A stretch of DNA of 64,000 nucleotides from Diplonema japonicum. Taxonomy: Eukaryota > Protista > Euglenozoa: Diplonemea. The notes beneath the pieces are model-generated. The model did not search any database. It had not been told where the DNA came from and saw nothing but the letters and a program-made list of their open reading frames with translations. The translations under genes and the position numbers were made by a program. Every line of letters starts with the position of its first letter. Within the stretch, counting starts at the first letter, position 1. Where the stretch lies: assembly GCA_964019335.1 (NCBI GenBank), contig OZ025732.1, forward strand, positions 186,001-250,000, written 5' to 3'. Positions 12,340 to 22,938 of this stretch are shown here, one piece after another.

Positions 12340-15300
12340 GAAAATAAATATATATGAGTTAAAGGAAGTCTTTGTGAGACGCCCCCTTGTTCTCATCTTC
12401 TACCTGCACCTATCCCCTTTCAGCAGCGGTTTCTCCTCCTTTGGTGGTCTTGCCGGCCTTGTCCCCAGCCTGGCCGCTCTTTCTCTTCGTTCTCTCGCCC
12501 ATTGTCCTTTCAACGCCTCTAGGTCATGCTTGGTCTTCGGTGATGCAAATATCGCCCTCCTGTTCCATCCGATCACCGCCTTTGTCCTCCCGATGGATCG
12601 TAGTGTGTGCACCCTTGTGCTCGGCTCAGCTGGGAAGGCCCTCCTTCCTTTCACCTTCTTCAGTACCCTCCCTAGCTCCCATGTGTGCCAGATCTTCTTC
12701 ATCAGTCCATGCAATCTCCTCGCTTTCTGCTGTACTTCTGCGAGATCCCCCAGCTTCCCTCCAAGGGTCTTCCCGGTCACGTTCTCGAAATCCAGTGCCA
12801 GCTCCACCGTCGACACTGACGTGTTCCTGTTGCCTGCATACCAGCGCAGTTGCCGCATCCACCTCAGCACCTCCTTCGTGTACTCCCGTAGGACATCCCC
12901 TGCCGGTAGCTTGCCGAAGTCCTTGTCCGACGGTACTGGGTGTTCTTGACCTTGTGTGATCTCCAGCCACTGGTGTGTGTGGTACACCTCTTGCCTCTTC
13001 GCTTGTAGGGCTGCGTCCCGCTCCCCCACCACCGCCAGCAGGTACCTCTGCGTTCCTTCGAGCCTTTCCCTGACATCCTTCCCTGCTCCCCTTGGCAGGA
13101 TGCCATGCAGCTTCGTACACGGTTCCAGCCCCCTGCGCGTCATGCCTTCGTGTTCTTCCCGCTGTTGCACTTCCTTGGCCTTTTCGCACTCCCACAGTGC
13201 GTGCTCCAGCATGTTGGGCAGCTGTTGCTCCTGACCGCAGATGTCGCAGTGTGCCGTCGTGGGTTTGGCCTGCTTAGCTTCTTGCTTCCTCGCCTCCGCA
13301 ATCAGCCACTTTTCGGTGTCCTGTCCTTTCTCTTCTTCTTCTTCTTGTTCATCTTCAGCCTCGTCTTCATCCTCGTCTTCTTCTCCTTCCGCCATCGGGA
13401 TGTGCTCCACCGTGTCCGTGCGCCATCCCCGTGGGTTGATGTAAAACACTGCCCCCGAGATGATCCTTCGCACGTCCCTTGCTGCAATCGGGTCCGTCAC
13501 CACCAGCTTCCTCCACAGCGCGTTGGTCTCCGCTGCTGCCGCAGCTTCCATGCCCCCCATGGTGCTCCGTTTGCTCATGATTTCCTGTGCTTCCGCCCGC
13601 CTGAGTCGGTCCCTGATGTAGTGCTTGTAGGGCTCCTTTTCCAGTGCGTGGGTGTCCTTCAGCTGTGCCCAGCTTAACTTGATCTGAGGCAGCCACCTTT
13701 CCATCATGATGCCCACCGGTCCCAGCGGTATCTTCTTCCCGCTGTACCGTTTGGCAATGGCGTCGCAGCGTGTCCACAGCTTGTCGTCCTTCTTGCAGGC
13801 TCTGTATAGGAGCATAAGTGCTCTGTATGCAGCTGTCATCTGTAGGTGGCTCGTGTGTCCCGGCAGTGTCACGGATAGTACTGTGCCTGGGTTCCTGGTG
13901 CAGTACTTCTGCCCCCAGAGCGCGTACGTGGTCTCCTTCACCAGCGTGGCCATTTGTCCCGTTTTCGGCGGTGAGAATGGGCAGTCGTAGAGGCAGCTCG
14001 GTAGGATCGTGTTGCTGATGATCTTCGCCTTCTGCTGAAAGGACAACGGCGTTGCTCCCAGCCTGCTCAGCGTCCCGAGTGCCTCCGCCGTCCTGTCGCT
14101 GTTGGTTTGCGGCCTGCCGTCTGTCCGCAGCTTGGCTCCCAGTACTCCTACAGTCCGTGTCGGCTGCAGTTCCTCGCCTTTCACCTTCACCTCCGGTGTC
14201 TTCCTGTTCACTGCAAAGGTCTTCGTCTTCCTGGTGTTGAGCTTCATCCCCACCTGTTTGCAGAAGGCTTCCACTGCGTCTACGCCTTCCTGCAACGCCG
14301 CACCGAGCCGTGCCAAGAGGTATGCATCGTCCGCGTAAGACAGCGAGCGGACCCCTGTGTCGTTCTCCACCTGCTTCATTAGTACCGCCAACAGCGCGTT
14401 GATGAGTACCACTGAAATCGGGCATCCCTGAAGGATTCCATTGGTTGTGTGGAACTCCTCCCCCACGCCTGCTGCGTACCTGAACCGTCTTCGCATGCCT
14501 GCGTACATTCCTTTCAGTGCCCTGAGGATGCCTGTGTCCATGCCCATGTCCTCCACCAGCTCCAGAACCAGCTGTTGCGGTACACTGTCAAAGCATTTCG
14601 CAAAGTCGAGTGCCACCCCGACTAGCGGTTTCCCCTCCAGAATGGATTCTTCGATGTCAAGGGCGAGGTCCAAAAGTGCGTCCTCTGTCCCGAAACCAGT
14701 GCGGAATCCGTATTGCTTGTCGTGTATCCATTTCTCCTGCCAGATGAGGATATCAGACAGTCGCGCGCATGCCCAGAGTCTGTACACCGCAGATGTGACT
14801 GTGATAGGCCTGTGCTCCAGTGGTCCCGCATCGTCGCACTTCGGTACGAGGGTAACCAGTGCCGTTTTCATGGCTTCCGGCCACCTCCCCGTTGCTTCGA
14901 TCGCATGGAAGAGCATCGCCCAGGCGTCTAGTACTGACTCTGGTAGTTTCCGTAGCTCTAGCATCCTCCACCCGTCGATGCCTGCCGCGCTTTTCTTGCT
15001 TTTCTTTCTGAGCACTTCCCTCAGCCTTGCTCCCGTCAGTTGTGTCCTCTCCATCTCATGCCGTTGCACGAACTTGCTGTACTTTGCCTTGAAGGGGGCA
15101 TAGAGGGGCTCCGGTCGGGACTCGTATTTCGCAAAGACGGTCTTCCACGCCTTGCGCATGACGCTGTCGATCAGTCCGGGGGACGCAAAGAGCACCATCC
15201 CTTCCTTGACCGCCCTGGTTCCGTCGCTTTGACGTTTGCCTTTCGCGACTTTTACCAGTCTTGTTGTCTCGCGTCCTGCTGCAACCTCGGCCAGGTATTC

Positions 15301-15390
15301 TCGTCTCCGTGACGTGTTCGCCTCGGTTCTTTTCTTCCGTTCCTCAGCTGCAATTGCGTCTTCCATGTTCAGCGCTGCTGCCAGCAGCTT
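12340..15390 (-). mobile_element. 5'-truncated non-LTR retrotransposon with open RT ORF
   Basis: 988-aa ORF: AAGIDGW, HRPITV, QYGFR, LDFAKCFDSV, GILQGCPIS, YADD, C-terminal CDIC...EHALWEC; 3'UTR copies at ~31826-31875, 45260-45288, 54560-54845. Confidence 0.92.
12400..15366 (-). CDS. LINE reverse transcriptase with C-terminal CCHC zinc finger (endonuclease part missing)
   Basis: Motifs as above in one uninterrupted frame. Confidence 0.85.
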   Translation of the reverse strand: MEDAIAAEERKKRTEANTSRRREYLAEVAAGRETTRLVKVAKGKRQSDGTRAVKEGMVLFASPGLIDSVMRKAWKTVFAKYESRPEPLYAPFKAKYSKFVQRHEMERTQLTGARLREVLRKKSKKSAAGIDGWRMLELRKLPESVLDAWAMLFHAIEATGRWPEAMKTALVTLVPKCDDAGPLEHRPITVTSAVYRLWACARLSDILIWQEKWIHDKQYGFRTGFGTEDALLDLALDIEESILEGKPLVGVALDFAKCFDSVPQQLVLELVEDMGMDTGILRALKGMYAGMRRRFRYAAGVGEEFHTTNGILQGCPISVVLINALLAVLMKQVENDTGVRSLSYADDAYLLARLGAALQEGVDAVEAFCKQVGMKLNTRKTKTFAVNRKTPEVKVKGEELQPTRTVGVLGAKLRTDGRPQTNSDRTAEALGTLSRLGATPLSFQQKAKIISNTILPSCLYDCPFSPPKTGQMATLVKETTYALWGQKYCTRNPGTVLSVTLPGHTSHLQMTAAYRALMLLYRACKKDDKLWTRCDAIAKRYSGKKIPLGPVGIMMERWLPQIKLSWAQLKDTHALEKEPYKHYIRDRLRRAEAQEIMSKRSTMGGMEAAAAAETNALWRKLVVTDPIAARDVRRIISGAVFYINPRGWRTDTVEHIPMAEGEEDEDEDEAEDEQEEEEEKGQDTEKWLIAEARKQEAKQAKPTTAHCDICGQEQQLPNMLEHALWECEKAKEVQQREEHEGMTRRGLEPCTKLHGILPRGAGKDVRERLEGTQRYLLAVVGERDAALQAKRQEVYHTHQWLEITQGQEHPVPSDKDFGKLPAGDVLREYTKEVLRWMRQLRWYAGNRNTSVSTVELALDFENVTGKTLGGKLGDLAEVQQKARRLHGLMKKIWHTWELGRVLKKVKGRRAFPAEPSTRVHTLRSIGRTKAVIGWNRRAIFASPKTKHDLEALKGQWARERRERAARLGTRPARPPKEEKPLLKGDRCR

Positions 15391-16015
15391 GAGAGCTCAG
15401 AAGTGGTTTCAGAGCTTGAGGAGCTTGTGAGAGCTGACCCTGAGCTTGTTCTGGTGGTGGAGGTGGGGAACTCGCCAGCTGTCGAAGTCTTGTCCATGTA
15501 CAGGACGGTCCTTCCTTCTGAACTTCGGTTCCTCGTTGTCACCGACTCCACAGGCTGTGTTACAAGGATAGGCTCTGGGTTTCTTCAAGAGTGCGACCAC
15601 CTGACGTCTGTTGATCTCATCCTCCCCAATGTTTCCACCATTGATGAAAATCTTTTATATGAGTGCGAAAATCTAGAAACCATCAACTTGAATGCGATGA
15701 CCAATCTTTCTTCCATTGGTGATCGCTTCTTGTTTGGGTGCGAATAACTAGAAACCATCAACTTGAATGCGATGACCAATCTTTCTTCTATTGGTTGTTA
15801 CTTCTTGTCTGGGTGCAAAAAACTAGAAACCATCGACTTGAATGCGATGACCAATCTTTCTTCTATTGGTCATAACTTCTTGAAGGGGTGCAAAAAACTA
15901 GAAACCATCAACTTGAATGCGATGACCAATCTTTCTTCCATTGGTGATGGCTTCTTGGAGGGGTGCGTAAAACTAGAAACTGTCGACTTGAATTAAAAAG
16001 AAAAGTCGGTGTTTA
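15386..16015 (+). pseudogene. Ubl-LRR paralog, 5'-truncated, 4 repeats, internal stop
   Basis: Near-identical to 18183 onward; TAA at ~15745; joined to the LINE through agctt microhomology. Confidence 0.85.
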
Positions 16016-16063
16016 GAGGAAGAAGAAAAAAAGAGGGGGAAAAAAGAAGAAAAAAGAACACCC

Positions 16064-16488
16064 TAGGCTATGCAGGGTCTCACAGACCTCGCACCCTATG
16101 ATTTTAGTTTCCACCTTTTCCTTTTCCACTTCTTGACTTTTAACTTCCCTTCTGCTTTCCCAACATGGTTTCCGTCCCGGGTATGACGTTAAACTGCGTC
16201 CGCTGACGCATTTGGGTCAACATTCTCTGATGACCAAGCCGTCTTTTTCCGTTTCTTCTCCCCTTCTCTTTGTTATGTTATTTTCATTATTCTTTCTGGC
16301 GATAGACTGATACGGGCCATGGAAGCAACCTCTGCTTAATTCCTGGTACGTGGGAGGCTCCTCTTGAGGATGTCAGTCACCTTTTCCCTTTTTTACTCGA
16401 CTCTCTGTTTTCGTATGCAGTATTTATTCTTTCCCACCCCTTTTTATCTATTTCTTCGCTTCTTCATCCTAACTTGAAACCATTTCAG
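16064..16488 (+). mobile_element. PLE family 1 3'UTR copy
   Basis: Near-identical to 10277-10701. Confidence 0.9.
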
Positions 16489-16794
16489 CTACCTAGAGGG
16501 CTGCATGTAAGGCTATGCTATTGGAGTAGTGTCCAACCGCATAAGGTAGTGTGGCATCTTCAGGGGTGGATAAGTAGAGACAAGGGACGTTCCCAAAACA
16601 CGGAACATCCTTTGTTTCACGCTCTTCCTTTTTTTAAAGTGTGATGCGCTAGTTCTTTTACAAGCCCCCTCCCCCTTTCATAAATCATAAATCACAACAA
16701 CAAAATAAAAACAGAACAATAGAACACAGTATTGAAAAGAAAAGAATTGAAAGAAAGCGAAGGACCATCGGCAGTGACGCCGCAGGCGAGGCTC

Positions 16795-17000
16795 CCCGGA
16801 CCCGGTCCCTGTTTGTGACCCGGTCTCGATAGTCCCTGACGACCCAGTCACCACAACTGGCCCAGTCTCGGTCCACGCCACAGACCCGTTATCCGCAGCT
16901 GATCCGCTCTCCGTTACGGACCCGGTCCCCATGCAGGTGGACAGGCCTGAGCCTCTGGGACGGCACGGATCGACTACATGGATGCAGCCCACGCCTTCAA
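16795..17000 (+). mobile_element. PLE family 2-like linker fragment
   Basis: ccggtctcgatagtccctgacgacccagt shared with ~31539-31568. Confidence 0.55.
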
Positions 17001-17002
17001 CG

Positions 17003-17298
17003 GGACAATGAAGGAAACACGTGTCTGCACTACGCTGTTGAAAGAGGTTGGTTCGAAGTGTTGCCTGTTCTGCTGAGACACAATGCAGATGTGACGGCAA
17101 GGAACGATGAAGGGAAGACGGCTCTCGATCTTGTCCCCTCTGTGTGATGAGGACATTACCAAAGCGATGCGATACCTGTTGGAGGACCCGAGTCTCGCTC
17201 ATGATCTGGAGCTGTTCGAAAGTGGGAGGGAGCTGAGCGACGTCAGCAGGCTTTCTGTTGTTCAACTGATTTCAAAGTGTATTAACATGAGTTGGTGA
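17003..17298 (+). pseudogene. Ankyrin 3' fragment (duplicate of ~11021-11317)
   Basis: Sequence identity including downstream flank to ~17528. Confidence 0.8.
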
Positions 17299-17905
17299 TC
17301 ACTCCACACATGCCTGATTTCAAGGAGTATTCCCCGTGAGCGCCACACGTGAGCGTCCCAAGAGCAACAAAGCGACTCATTTACGAGTTAGATTTAAAAA
17401 AAAAAAAAAAAAAAAAAAAGCCATTCTGATTTCAAGGTATACTAGCGACACACGTGTCGCGTTGCGATCACTCCACATGTTTCGTCATCAGCGGCCATTC
17501 ATCGAACACTTCCGCGTGCCCAGAAACTAAAGCGCCCAGAGACGTTGACACCCTGACGAGGGCCCCCGTCCAACGAAGCTGTGTCAAAAATAGAAACCCC
17601 CTGGGAGCAAGCTTTCCGTACTTCTGAAACACAACGCAGTTATGAATGCCGAACTTTTAACGAAAAAGAAAAGCCCCCCCCCCCAGCCAAATTTTACCCC
17701 CACCCCCCGATAATTTTACCCCCACCGCCCTCGCCTCTCTACTCTAACTTAAAATCATTTCAGCCACCCCGATAACCTGTTTTCTTTTTTTACTTGCTTT
17801 TTACTCCTACATACAATATCATTTCAGCCCACCCGATAACGTAATCTAAAAAGAAGAGAAAAAAAGAATACTGAGGTTCGGCACACCCACAGTAGCCAAA
17901 AGAAA

Positions 17906-19273
17906 ATGAAAAGAAAGAGATCAAATGAAGGAATGAACGATATGACAGTGTTCGTGAAGACGGGAGGCGGGGTTCACGATGTGGAAGTGTCTGGGAAGGA
18001 GACGGTGGGGATCCTGTACAAGAAGGCGGGGTGTGCTGCTGGTTTACTCGAAGGCAAGTTCGAACTGGTTTGGGAGGGCGAGGTCCTGGACAGGAACGGG
18101 GGTGAAGATATCCAGGAACTCGGGCTCGTGGAGGGCAGCGTGGTCCATGTGGAGGCGAAGATGAGAACCGTTCAGCTGGAGGAGCTTGAGAGCTCAAAAG
18201 TGGTTTCAGAGCTTGAGGAGCTTGTGAGAGCTGACCCTGAGCTTGTTCTGGTGGTGGAGGTGGGGAACTCGCCAGCTGTCGAAGTCTTGTCCATGGACAG
18301 GACGGTCCTTCCTTCTGAACTTCGGTTCCTCGTTGTCACCGACTCCACAGGCTGTGTTACAAGGATAGGCTCTGGGTTTCTTCAAGAGTGCGACCACCTG
18401 ACGTCTGTTGATCTCATCCTCCCCAATGTTTCCACCATTGATGAAAATCTTTTATATGAGTGCGAAAATCTAGAAACCATCAACTTGAATGCGATGACCA
18501 ATCTTTCTTCCATTGGTGATGGCTTCTTGTTTGGGTGCGAAAAACTAGAAACCATCAACTTGAATGCGATGACCAATCTTTCTTCCATTGGTCATAACTT
18601 CTTGGAGAAGTGCAAAAAACTAGAAACCATCAACTTGAATGCGATGACCAATCTTTCTTCTATTGGTGATTACTTCTTGTATGGGTGCGTAAAACTAGAA
18701 ACCATCGACTTGAATGCGATGACCAATCTTTCTTCCATTGGTGATGGCTTCTTGTTTAGGTGCGTAAAACTAGAAACCATCGACTTGAATGCGATGACCA
18801 ATCTTTCTTCTATTGGTCATAGCTTCTTGTCTGGGTGCGTAAAACTAGAAACCATCGACTTGAATGCGATGACCAATCTTTCTTCTATTGGTGATGGCTT
18901 CTTGTCTGGGTGCGAAAAACTAGAAACCATATACTTGAATGCGTTGACCAATCTTTCTTCTATTGGTGATCGCTTCTTGTTTGGGTGCAAAAAACTAGAA
19001 ACCATCGACTTGAATGCGATGACCAATCTTTCTTCCATTGGTGATCGCTTCTTGTTTGGGTGCAAAAAACTAGAAACCATCAACTTGAATGCGATGACCA
19101 ATCTTTCTTCCATTGGTGATCGCTTCTTGTTTGGGTGCAAAAAACTAGAAACCATCGACTTGAATGCGTTGACCAATCTTTCTTCCATTGGTGATGGCTT
19201 CTTGGAGGGGTGCGTAAAACTAGAAACTGTCGACTTGAATTTAAAAAGAAAAAAAAGAAAAGTCGGTGTTTAG
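17906..19273 (+). CDS. Ubl-LRR protein, 10 tandem 25-aa (75-bp) BspA-like repeats, basic termini
   Basis: Ubl-like N-terminus (MTVFVKT...GKFELVWEGEVL...IQELGLVEGSVVHV); repeat LETIxLNAMTNLSSIGxxFLxxCxK. Confidence 0.88.
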   Translation: MKRKRSNEGMNDMTVFVKTGGGVHDVEVSGKETVGILYKKAGCAAGLLEGKFELVWEGEVLDRNGGEDIQELGLVEGSVVHVEAKMRTVQLEELESSKVVSELEELVRADPELVLVVEVGNSPAVEVLSMDRTVLPSELRFLVVTDSTGCVTRIGSGFLQECDHLTSVDLILPNVSTIDENLLYECENLETINLNAMTNLSSIGDGFLFGCEKLETINLNAMTNLSSIGHNFLEKCKKLETINLNAMTNLSSIGDYFLYGCVKLETIDLNAMTNLSSIGDGFLFRCVKLETIDLNAMTNLSSIGHSFLSGCVKLETIDLNAMTNLSSIGDGFLSGCEKLETIYLNALTNLSSIGDRFLFGCKKLETIDLNAMTNLSSIGDRFLFGCKKLETINLNAMTNLSSIGDRFLFGCKKLETIDLNALTNLSSIGDGFLEGCVKLETVDLNLKRKKRKVGV

Positions 19274-19704
19274 AAGAAGAAGAAAAAAAGAGGGGAAAAA
19301 AAGAAGAAAAAAGAACACCCTGGCGCTGAGAAACATCTTCGTGGAAAAACCAACGGAAAGCAATCCAATACCTCAAAGACACCGGGGACCTGCCCCCCTC
19401 CGCGACAACTCCACAACAACCATCTAACCTGCTGAAGTAGCATGCCGATCAGAAGGCGGCTGAGGCACTTGTCATTTAATCAGAATCCCGAGATCCCATC
19501 CCTGATCCCCAAAATAGAGAGTGTACCATCCTGTTTCTCGCGGAAACAGAGAACCTACCCCCTCCCCACCACAGCACCCGACCAATCAGATGCAGCAGTG
19601 TGAAAAAAAAAAAGCCCCTCTCTCCCCAAACAAAACAAACAAACAAACATTTCCCCACCCCCGATAACGTATAATTAAGAAAAAATATGGGGGGGAAAGG
19701 ATAC

Positions 19705-19892
19705 TGATGTGACGGCAAGGAACGATGAAGGGAAGACGGCTCTCGATCTTGTCCCCTCTGATGACAGCGACAAGGCCAAGGCGATGCGATACCTGTTGGA
19801 GGACCCGAGTCTCGCTCATGATCTGGAGCTGTTCGAAAGTGGGAGGGAGCTGAGCGACGTCAGCAGGCTTCCTGCTGTTCAACTGATTTCAA
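19705..19892 (+). pseudogene. Ankyrin-family 3' fragment
   Basis: TARNDEGKTALDL...QLIS. Confidence 0.8.
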
Positions 19893-19933
19893 AAGTGTAT
19901 TCACAAGAGATTGTGTTCACTGTACCTCGTCAC

Positions 19934-19958
19934 CTCCTCTGACTTAAAATCATTTCAG
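19934..19958 (+). mobile_element. Minimal (~25 nt) PLE 3'-end insertion
   Basis: ctgacttaaaatcatttcag flanked by duplicated tacctcgtcac (19923-19933, 19960-19970). Confidence 0.6.
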
Positions 19959-20280
19959 CTACCTCGTCACTCATGGCAGCCTCGAGAGGTCTCTGACACG
20001 GTTTCTTTCATCAGCGGCCATCATTTCTTCGCCACACGCTCCACGCCGACAAGCTGATGGAACAATTCTAGTGTCTGGCAAGTAGCCTATTTTTTCTTTC
20101 TACCTTCTTTCCCTTTAACAAAATTTGAAAGTTCGTTAGGCATCAGCTTTCCCACCTTTGTTTAAACTAAAATAAATTATTTTCATTTGCCGAATTCTTT
20201 TTCCTCGCTTTTAAAATCAACAGCTTTATATCAACAACCAACACAGGATTTTGAAAGAAAACAAGAAAAGAGACAAAACC

Positions 20281-21510
20281 ATGAAAGGAAGCGAAGGACC
20301 ATCGGCAGTGATGCTGCAGGCGAGGCTCCCCACCTCTGAGACCATCAGGATTGAGGCAGTGGCTTCGGAGGAGATGAAGAAGGTGAAGGAGAGGATCGCA
20401 TCGATGGGAGGGTTGGATGTGGACATCTTCACCCTCACCTTCGATGGGGTGGTGGTGGCGGCGGCGGCAGCTGCTGACGACGGCGGTGGACAGCTCGTCG
20501 GAGATCTTCCTTTTGAGGATGGAAGCATGCTTGAAGTGGTGGTGTGCAAGAGGCAGGCGGCTCTGTTGAAACTCTCTGAGATAGGGATCGAAGTGAAAGG
20601 AAGGGACTTGTACGGAGTCTTACGTGATGACATTTCAGATTTCATGAAAGAGAAGGCCGTAGTAGAGAACGACAAGATGTGCGAGGTTTTGAACCTTCTC
20701 CTGGATGCTGGGGTGAGTGGTGGGGAGGAGGAGGCCCTTCACATGGCGGCCCAGCACAATCTTCCTTCTTGTGTGGAGGTCCTCTTGATTCGCACTTCTG
20801 TGGATGTGAATTCAGAAGTGTCTCTTCCTGACGATTGGCATGATCCGTGTACAGCACTTCACCGGACCCGTTCGGAGGAGGTGGCGGCTGTTCTCTTGAA
20901 ACACAATGCAGATGCCAACGCAAGAGACAGTCACGGTTTTCCTGTCATTCACCATGCAGTATGTGAGAAGCATTCTACGTTTTCTGTACTTCTGGAACAC
21001 AACGCAGATGTGAATGCGAGAAACATGGAAGGAAGGACGGCTCTTCATAGCTACCATGTTCACCCCTCTGCTGTACACCTGCTTCTTGAATACAAGGCAG
21101 ACATCGAGGCAAAAGACAACGAGGGAAGAACACCCCTTTTCTTGACTAATAGAAGGGTGGCAACAGCACTTCTTGAGCACAATGCTGATGTGAAGGCAAG
21201 GGACAATGAAGGGAACACGTGTCTGCACCACGCTGTTGAGAGATGTTGTTTCGAGGTAGTTCCTGTTCTGCTGAGACACAATGCAGATGTGACGGCAAGG
21301 AACGATGAAGGGAAGACGGCTCTCGATCTTGTCTCCTCTGTTTATGATGATGATGGTGACGTGTGTAATGCGATGCGATACCTGTTGGAGGACCCGAGTC
21401 TCGCTCATGATCTGGAGCTGTTCGAAAGTGGGAGGGAGCTGAGCGACGTCAGCAGGCTTCCTGTTGTTCAACTGATTTCAAGGAGTGCAGAGGTATTTAG
21501 TGACTGGTAG
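20281..21510 (+). CDS. Ubl-ankyrin repeat protein (intact)
   Basis: Ubl domain followed by about seven ankyrin repeats; open frame from ATG 20281. Confidence 0.88.
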   Translation: MKGSEGPSAVMLQARLPTSETIRIEAVASEEMKKVKERIASMGGLDVDIFTLTFDGVVVAAAAAADDGGGQLVGDLPFEDGSMLEVVVCKRQAALLKLSEIGIEVKGRDLYGVLRDDISDFMKEKAVVENDKMCEVLNLLLDAGVSGGEEEALHMAAQHNLPSCVEVLLIRTSVDVNSEVSLPDDWHDPCTALHRTRSEEVAAVLLKHNADANARDSHGFPVIHHAVCEKHSTFSVLLEHNADVNARNMEGRTALHSYHVHPSAVHLLLEYKADIEAKDNEGRTPLFLTNRRVATALLEHNADVKARDNEGNTCLHHAVERCCFEVVPVLLRHNADVTARNDEGKTALDLVSSVYDDDGDVCNAMRYLLEDPSLAHDLELFESGRELSDVSRLPVVQLISRSAEVFSDW

Positions 21511-22938
21511 CGTGAGTTCAGAAATACAGCATTCTGTAGCTGTAGATCGAGGCCGTCAACTTCGGGTTTCTGCCCAAAGGTCGACCTCGCACCCTATGAT
21601 TTTAGTTTCCACCTTTTCCTTTTCCACTTCTTGTCTTTTAACTTCCCTTCTGCTTTCCCAACATGGTTTCCGTCCCGGGTATGACGTTAAACTGCGTCCG
21701 CCGACGCATTTGGGTCAACATTCTCTGATGACCAAGCCGTCTTTTTCCGTTTCTTCTCCCCTTCTCTTTGTTATGTTATTTTCATTATTCTTTCTGGCGA
21801 TAGACTGATACGGGCCATGGAAGCAACCTCTGCTTAATTCCTGGTACGTGGGAGGCTCCTCTTGAGGATGTCAGTCACCTTTTCCCTTTTTTACTCGACT
21901 CTCTGTTTTCGTATGCAGTATTTATTCTTTCCCACCCCTTTTTATCTATTTCTTCGCTTCTTCATCCTAACTTAAAACCATTTCAGTTGCCTCTAACTGC
22001 ACTACCTTGTGGGCGCCGTTTAGACGCAACCAGAGGCTCTGCAGGTTTTTAACTCTTAAGATTAGTTTTTAAGACTTCTCACAGCTTTGCTGTACCAACC
22101 CCAGCGACCAACAATGGGGACTTACTTCACCGTAGGTCACTCTGCAGGGTCGCATTTATGTAGACCCAAATACGAAACTGATCTCCTCCCGTTCGTCGTT
22201 GAAAGCCGAAGTTTTCGAGGGCTTTCTTCCGAAAAAAGCCCGTTTTTGATAAAATGCCTTTTGACCGCACAACTAGAGACTCCCCACCTCTACATCCTAC
22301 ATCCTGAGAAATCCGCTCAGCCCCTTGTACGTCAAAGAGGGGGTCCATGCGAGACACGGCGTTAGTTGGGCGATGATAGGTTTCGTAAACTGGCCCTGGG
22401 GAGCTCTCGACCGTGCAGTGATAGTCCTGACTGCACGGGTGAACATACAGGCAAGGCATGCACGTTTTTTTGATGAGGTGAGCCGCGCTATATGACTGAA
22501 CGTATATTTGCACATATATATAGTGCCCTATATCCATTCTATGCACCCAACTATTCCTTTTCCCCCCCGTTCTTACCTAGACAAGGAGAACCCTTCGTTA
22601 GCTTTGCTGCCCGCGCAGGCTACGTCCTTCGCACAGGACCAACCTGCACGCTCAGGAAAGTGGTGGAAAAAAAGCCCTCAGTAGGCAACTCGGCTCATGT
22701 TGAAATACTCCGGTCGGACCCCGTTACGGCAACGGGTGCAGTTCATACCCACCATCAGCTCATTATGACATGTCTAGACCTCCTTGTCCCCGGTCCTCTA
22801 ACCCGTCTAGTGCTTTGACCAACTTGTGACTGTCATTCTAAAAGCTGTCCTAAATAAAACTGCTGCTAGGAGTCAGGTAACCAATCCACCTTTGTAGAAA
22901 CCCTCCGTTTTTCTAAAGCATCAAGCATTTTCATAGCG

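Noticed and set aside
18470-19240. DGR-style adenine mutagenesis of LRR codons (AAY-like to NNY)
   Set aside because: Many adenines in the repeat are invariant, there is no template repeat and the RTs present are PLE/LINE types; selection plus recombination suffices
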